A model generated the notes under the pieces. It saw only the letters and a list, made by a program, of their open reading frames with translations, was not told the origin of the DNA and made no database searches. Both the position numbers and the translations under genes were made by a program. Below are positions 59,280 through 64,000 of a stretch of 64,000 nucleotides of DNA, one piece after another; the stretch's first letter is position 1, and each line of letters opens with the position of its first letter. The stretch is taken from NCBI GenBank assembly GCA_047495785.1, contig JBLDXI010000025.1, positions 124,001-188,000 on the forward strand, given 5' to 3'. The stretch is from Lepidodermella squamata. Lineage: Eukaryota > Animalia > Gastrotricha.

Positions 59280-61234
59280 ATGTTGGCCGGCTGCGCCCGT
59301 TTTACTTGTCTGAGTTCACCAAAGAACTTGGTCGCTGTTACATCGATTCGACAAAAGCATCGTGTTTACATTCAAAAACCCTACCCTCGCCCGAAAATGA
59401 TGCAAGTTGTCGAAGACTTATCAAAGCCTATTCTCGGTCGCGATTTGAAAGGTCTAATGGCAGCTGAGCCATGTCAGTTGCCGCAGCTCATCGCTCGTGA
59501 GCATGACCTGAGTGAATACGAACATTTTCTCGCTCGGAGATTGAAAGAAATGTTCGATAAAGCGAGCAACTCAAACGGCATGGTCACTGCTTTACAACCA
59601 GCTTCGGTCAATGGCCGCGAATGGCGAGAAATTCGCATCAAGTTTCAGCGAAATGGCATTACTTTACGAGTCTTTCACCCTCGAGTTGTCAGTTATGCGC
59701 TAACTAACACCAAGTTCGAAAACTTGAAACAACTGTTGCCGGCACCTTTGGTCCTCGGATTTAGTGATGAACCAGCCACGCTGGGCCTAGCTAAGGCGCT
59801 GAAACTATGTCCTGATATGCATTTGTTAGCCTGCTGTGTCTACGACCGAATGTTATCGTAAGTTTGAAACGCACGTACTGTAAAAGTGGTAATTTTCGCG
59901 GTGACTTAATTTTCGCGGTCAGCCCATTATTTTACGGGAATTAATTTTCGCGGTTTTAATTTTTGCGATTTGTTCAGAATGAATGAGCTAAGTAAAAAGC
60001 ACAGGGGGGACCCTTACGTTTTGGGTACTCAAAAATGAAAACTTGGGACAAACTTGGGATCCCAAAGAAGCTGAATTACGATATTCTAGTGTTTGCTTCA
60101 GTCACCGTGGCCAACACAAGTGTGCAAAATGTTTCTTCTGGCGTCATTACGGCCTATATACTGTACGTTCAACGTCCAACTGTCATACTTCTGGGTCTGG
60201 ACGAAGTGGATTAGGCTCATAAGCTAAAGTAGTCAGGTTTCAGGGTCAAAATATTTAATTGGATCTAGGATTCTACGACTTTCAGCATCATCGTCGTTGA
60301 TTGATGACATTATATTTGCGTGAGAATAGTTGTGTGAATCTACAGCAATCTCAACTATGGTTTTTTAACTAAAATTGGTAGGAAATTGGATTTTAATGCC
60401 CGCCACTGCAAAATTTGAAAAATTCAGCTGATTATAACTGACGGTCATAATGTCCTCAAAAACCGCAGGAACTATAATGCTTCAAATACTAAGCCGGGCA
60501 TGAGCCAAGTTAGCAGCCTAAAAATTATCGTCAGCGGGGCTTCTAATTGAGGTAAGAGCTAACCTACTGTGTAAGCTAAAAAATTTTATGTCAAAATTAC
60601 AAAGTAAAAATCCTTAAAATCATCAAGGGGCAGGGGACATCAAGTCGGAAAATGCTTTACCATCCTATACCGTCCCATACCTATATCTGTCGATTTCACC
60701 TCTAATGACGAAGAAAAAGGTTTAGCTTCGGGGTTGACCTTTGAAACAAGTTATTTTGGACTGAGTTTGTTGACCTTGGGGAAAGAAAAACAGACCTAGA
60801 AAAGCTACAGGGGCCCAGCAAACTTGTTTAGATTCTCGCATACTCTAAAAAACACGCTGAAATACGGCTTTTCGGCTGAAAATAGCAAGTTTTTCGAAAT
60901 TGTCTGTATTTAATTTTCGCGGTTTTAATTTTCGCGGTTGGGCAGTTGGACCGCGAAAACGCGAAAATTAAGTCACCGCGAAAATTACCACTTTTACAGT
61001 ATTCGGCTTACTTCACTCATTTTGATGAATTTTAGGCGATCCCAAGTTGAGGCGTTGAATGAATTGGGCTCGAATAGTGCCGACCTTGTTGCTCAATCCG
61101 TAATGGCTATGAAGAGCATTCCAGCGTCTCTAGTCATGCTCCTTCGCAGCCCTTACATTTCAACCGCTCGCATATTGAAAGCTCATATCGACAACGAAAC
61201 GAAAAAACAAGTGAAAGAACCGCCAAAAGCCTAG
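59280..61234 (+). CDS. MRPL10: Mitochondrial ribosomal protein uL10m; join(59280..59857,61036..61234)
   Basis: Presequence-like N-terminus; L10-fold pattern ALTNTKFENLKQLL...LGFSDEP...LLACCVYDRMLS|RSQVEAL, comparable to mt-L10 LLGGCIDDTILSR. Phase-2 intron in frame. Confidence 0.8.
59878..60999. mobile_element. TA-flanked (Tc1/mariner-type) MITE in the MRPL10 intron
   Basis: TIR CTGTAAAAGTGGTAATTTTCGCGGTGACTTAATTTTCGCG matches at both ends; TA on both sides; subterminal AATTTTCGCGG repeats. Confidence 0.88.
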
Positions 61235-61299
61235 ATTGTGCCCTCATAAAACTCCTAGTCTTTTTTACATTCTTTGTTTTGGTAGAATTTTATTTAAAA

Positions 61300-62235
61300 A
61301 TGGAGAACGTTGATGAGATTATCCTCCATCAACTACGATCAGTCGGTATTGAAATCGATGAGGGCCTGACTAGTTTGCGCGATTTGAACACCGAAGCAGT
61401 ATTTCGAGCGATTTCTGGCTGTCTGAAGGCGATTCACGCCGAATCGCCGAAAAAAGTTGAAATTCCATCGAATCTTCCGCCGTCTATGTCGCAGAGATAC
61501 GCAGCTTGTGGGAAATTAGCTGATCTAATCCGTTCACTCGGGTATCGTGGCGACATCGGCTATCAAACTATTCTGTACTGTTCCGAGGCTGATATTCGAA
61601 ACGTTCTAACGTTTTTGGTCGAGAGATTGCCGCGTGAGCACGCCGATGGGCAAGCTGGCGCGGGTTCGACGGCGTCTCAGGCGTCGAAACGGGACATGGT
61701 GCTGAAAAGCGTTGCTGCCGAGCTGAATGCTGCCCTGTCTAGGCCGTTTATTCCACCGCTTTATCGAAGACTTGCGAAATCATCAGTTCGAGGTATATGC
61801 ATGTTTTAGTTGAACTATTCGGATTATAATAATAACCTTGGGTCTGTATAGAAGTGGAAACTGCGCCACTGCTGGACGTGCTGCCTGGCTATGCGAAAGC
61901 GGGCCAGACGCAATCTTTGCTGGCAGCGGCTCGGGCCAAGCCGGGCATGCTGCCGGCCTCGCTCGTCGACGCCGTGGCGTTGGCGCGGGCGGTGGAAGCG
62001 CGAGCCGCGGCCTCGGCGGCGGCACCCGACGTCGACGCCTTCAAAGAGGACCTGAAAGCAGCTGCGCAGGCCGCCGCTCTGCTCGCTCGCATCGCGTCCA
62101 AGTCGGGCAAGGCGGCGTTGGCGAAGCCTGGCAGCACGGCGAAGCAAGACGCCGATGCGGCGGCGAAGGCGGCGCAGAGTTCGGCCGACGACGAGGAGCG
62201 GCGCCGCAAAGAGCACGCCGAGCAGCTCCGAACAG
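61300..62235 (+). CDS. CCDC22: Coiled-coil domain-containing protein 22 (CCC/Commander complex), first two exons 61300..61792 and 61852..62235; the rest presumably lies beyond the window
   Basis: MENVDEIILHQLRSVG...LPPSMSQRY...LGYRGDIGYQTILY.SE.DIRNVLTFLVERLP is the CCDC22 NN-CH domain. Donor G|gttcgt at 62236. Confidence 0.9.
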
Positions 62236-62456
62236 GTTCGTTTACAACAAAGTTTTTTCTTTCAAATTCTGGAAAACGAATGAAAATCACATGGCTAGTT
62301 TCGGAATGGATTACGTTAGATTTCGTCGAATTTAGACAAGAAATTCATTCGCATATGCACCGGTTTTTATTGGATTTTTCGCACACTCTTCTCAAATTTC
62401 AAATTTTGAATTTTGGCATCAACACCGGTTGGTTCTAACATTGGGCAAGTAGGTTT

Positions 62457-63610
62457 TCATAGCGCATCATCTGCCACAGCGTTTTCCGGCGGCAGTTCTC
62501 CGACCGCGAACAGCGCCGAGCGTTGCCCTGGCAACGACTTGCTCGCCTTGAGAATCCGCGAACCTGTCCGCGACAGCAGCGACGCGCCCCTCGTCAGGCC
62601 ATTGGCCTTCTGCTGTTGCTGCTGATAGGCGGCGACCTCGAGACTGCGCTCTTCGGCGCGTTTCTGCTGCTCTTTCTTGTACGCAGATTTCTCACGCTGG
62701 TTCAGACACCGGGAGAGCGGTTTCAGCAGGAAATAGATCGCACGCCGAATTCTCTCCGAAGTGTCGTGGTTGTAGCTAAAATTTACGATCGTAATGAGAG
62801 TGTCAATGGCAGACAACAATGCTAGTGAACTTACGCGTTCCACCATGCCATTCCTATTAAAATCCACACCAGGTACAGGAGCCTGTAAAACCGCAGGACG
62901 GGCGTGTTGGGATTCTCTCCTAAAAACAGGCCAATTACTGGCATCAAATGGCATCAACTGCAGCAAAACAAACCAGCAATGTAATCTCCGAAGCCAGTTG
63001 TACTCAGGGCATTGACCGCAAAATAAACCGAATCCAAATACTGTTTGATTAAAAAACCATTTAAGAAGTCGATTGATTCGATACCTATAGAAAAACTCAC
63101 CGTCCAATTCGTCTCCTGAACGCTGAAGGCGAGGGCGGGCAGAACGACGAAGAGCAGGACGCCGACGCCCTCGAGGACGAAGGCGGAGCACGACTTGCGA
63201 CAGCCTTGCGCCTGCCGCGACATGTGCGGCTCGTGGTGCTGCTGCTGCTGCGAGGCTGATCGCTGCAACCTGCTGCTCCTGCTCACATCGGACTGCACGT
63301 GCCGAAGGCCGCTCGGACGCCGGATGAAGCGCGACCGGTAAGAAGTCACGCGGAACACGCCGTGCCGAACTCGATACCCAGTTCTGCAAATGTTGAGAAA
63401 ATCATTAAGTGGCGGTGCAAATTCAAGAGAAAATAATGCTCTACAGCTTGATTTTCTCGGCGATAACTGAGCAGAACAGGTGGATGAGTGGGCAGCCGAG
63501 TAGCGTCAGGCCTGTCGTCAGCATTTTGCCTAAATTAGTTTTCGGATGCCGTTGGCCGAATCCAATCGTTGTTATCACGTCGAAGACAAAGTAGAAAGAT
63601 CCGTACGCAT
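62457..63610 (-). CDS. Two-pore-domain (K2P) potassium channel, 3' part. Exons 63610..63445, 63383..63101, 63040..62974, 62919..62835, 62775..62457
   Basis: P1 SFYFVFDVITTIGFGQRHPKTNLGK, M2, M3 LLFVVLPALAFSVQETNWT, P2 YLDSVYFAVNALSTTGFGDYIAG, M4 YRLLYLVWILIGMAW. Junctions in frame. Confidence 0.88.
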
Positions 63611-64000
63611 CTAAAGCATTAATACCTCAATGCAAACATTTGCGACTTTTAGAAAAACGCCCAAGGAATTAACCTAAAATAGTCCCATATTCTAATGATA
63701 GGACTCGACCCAAAATTTAGTCTCTGTGCTATACAGTGGGAATTTCGTAAACAGGAGTAGGATATTGCCTGGTGTAAGCAACGTCCGGCTTGGAGTAAAT
63801 CGGGCTTAGACGATATACTAGCGAATTTCTGGTTTCGAAATCCTTCAAAGCTACGGGAAACACCTGCGAGCAATTAATTGAGGCGGCGCAAACTGGCAAA
63901 GCTTTGGCGAAACTGGCTAGATAGCAAATAAAGGTTCAGCCTGAAGAAAATGACTATAAAACACCGCTGGAAACCCTAAACCGGACTTTTAAACCTTCCC

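Noticed and set aside
62457-63389. 310-aa minus-strand ORF as a single-exon gene
   Set aside because: It runs through introns in the wrong frame; only its last ~105 codons belong to the spliced K2P gene.

Overview
Gene-dense region of an intron-rich invertebrate animal genome. Most introns are 45-65 nt GT-AG, and TE-filled introns are longer. In order: LSm2; a complete four-domain Cav2 voltage-gated Ca2+ channel (EEEE filter) with several microexons, a possible long alternative N-terminus and a Pro/Gln-rich tail carrying about 11 R-x-(L/M)-P repeats; three tandem, highly divergent Cys-loop receptor subunits that have lost the acetylcholine aromatic box and share an unusual PER/M2-Asp pore; a 2.2-kb cluster of ten tRNA genes, each for a different amino acid, with a U5 snRNA gene embedded; a large mucin-SEA-TM gene with apparent alternative membrane anchors; EDEM3, PMPCA and a DENND1-like gene on the minus strand; MRPL10 and CCDC22 only 65 bp apart (candidate trans-spliced operon); and a K2P channel antisense inside a CCDC22 intron. 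Mobile DNA includes a hAT-type MITE, a Merlin-like foldback element, a TA-flanked MITE, an intact CR1/L2-group LINE ORF2, degenerate LINE fragments and a decayed tyrosine-recombinase (Crypton-like) element. The best candidate for an undescribed system is the trio of non-cholinergic nAChR-derived channels. All exon structures were inferred by hand from splice signals and reading-frame phase, and no database search was run.
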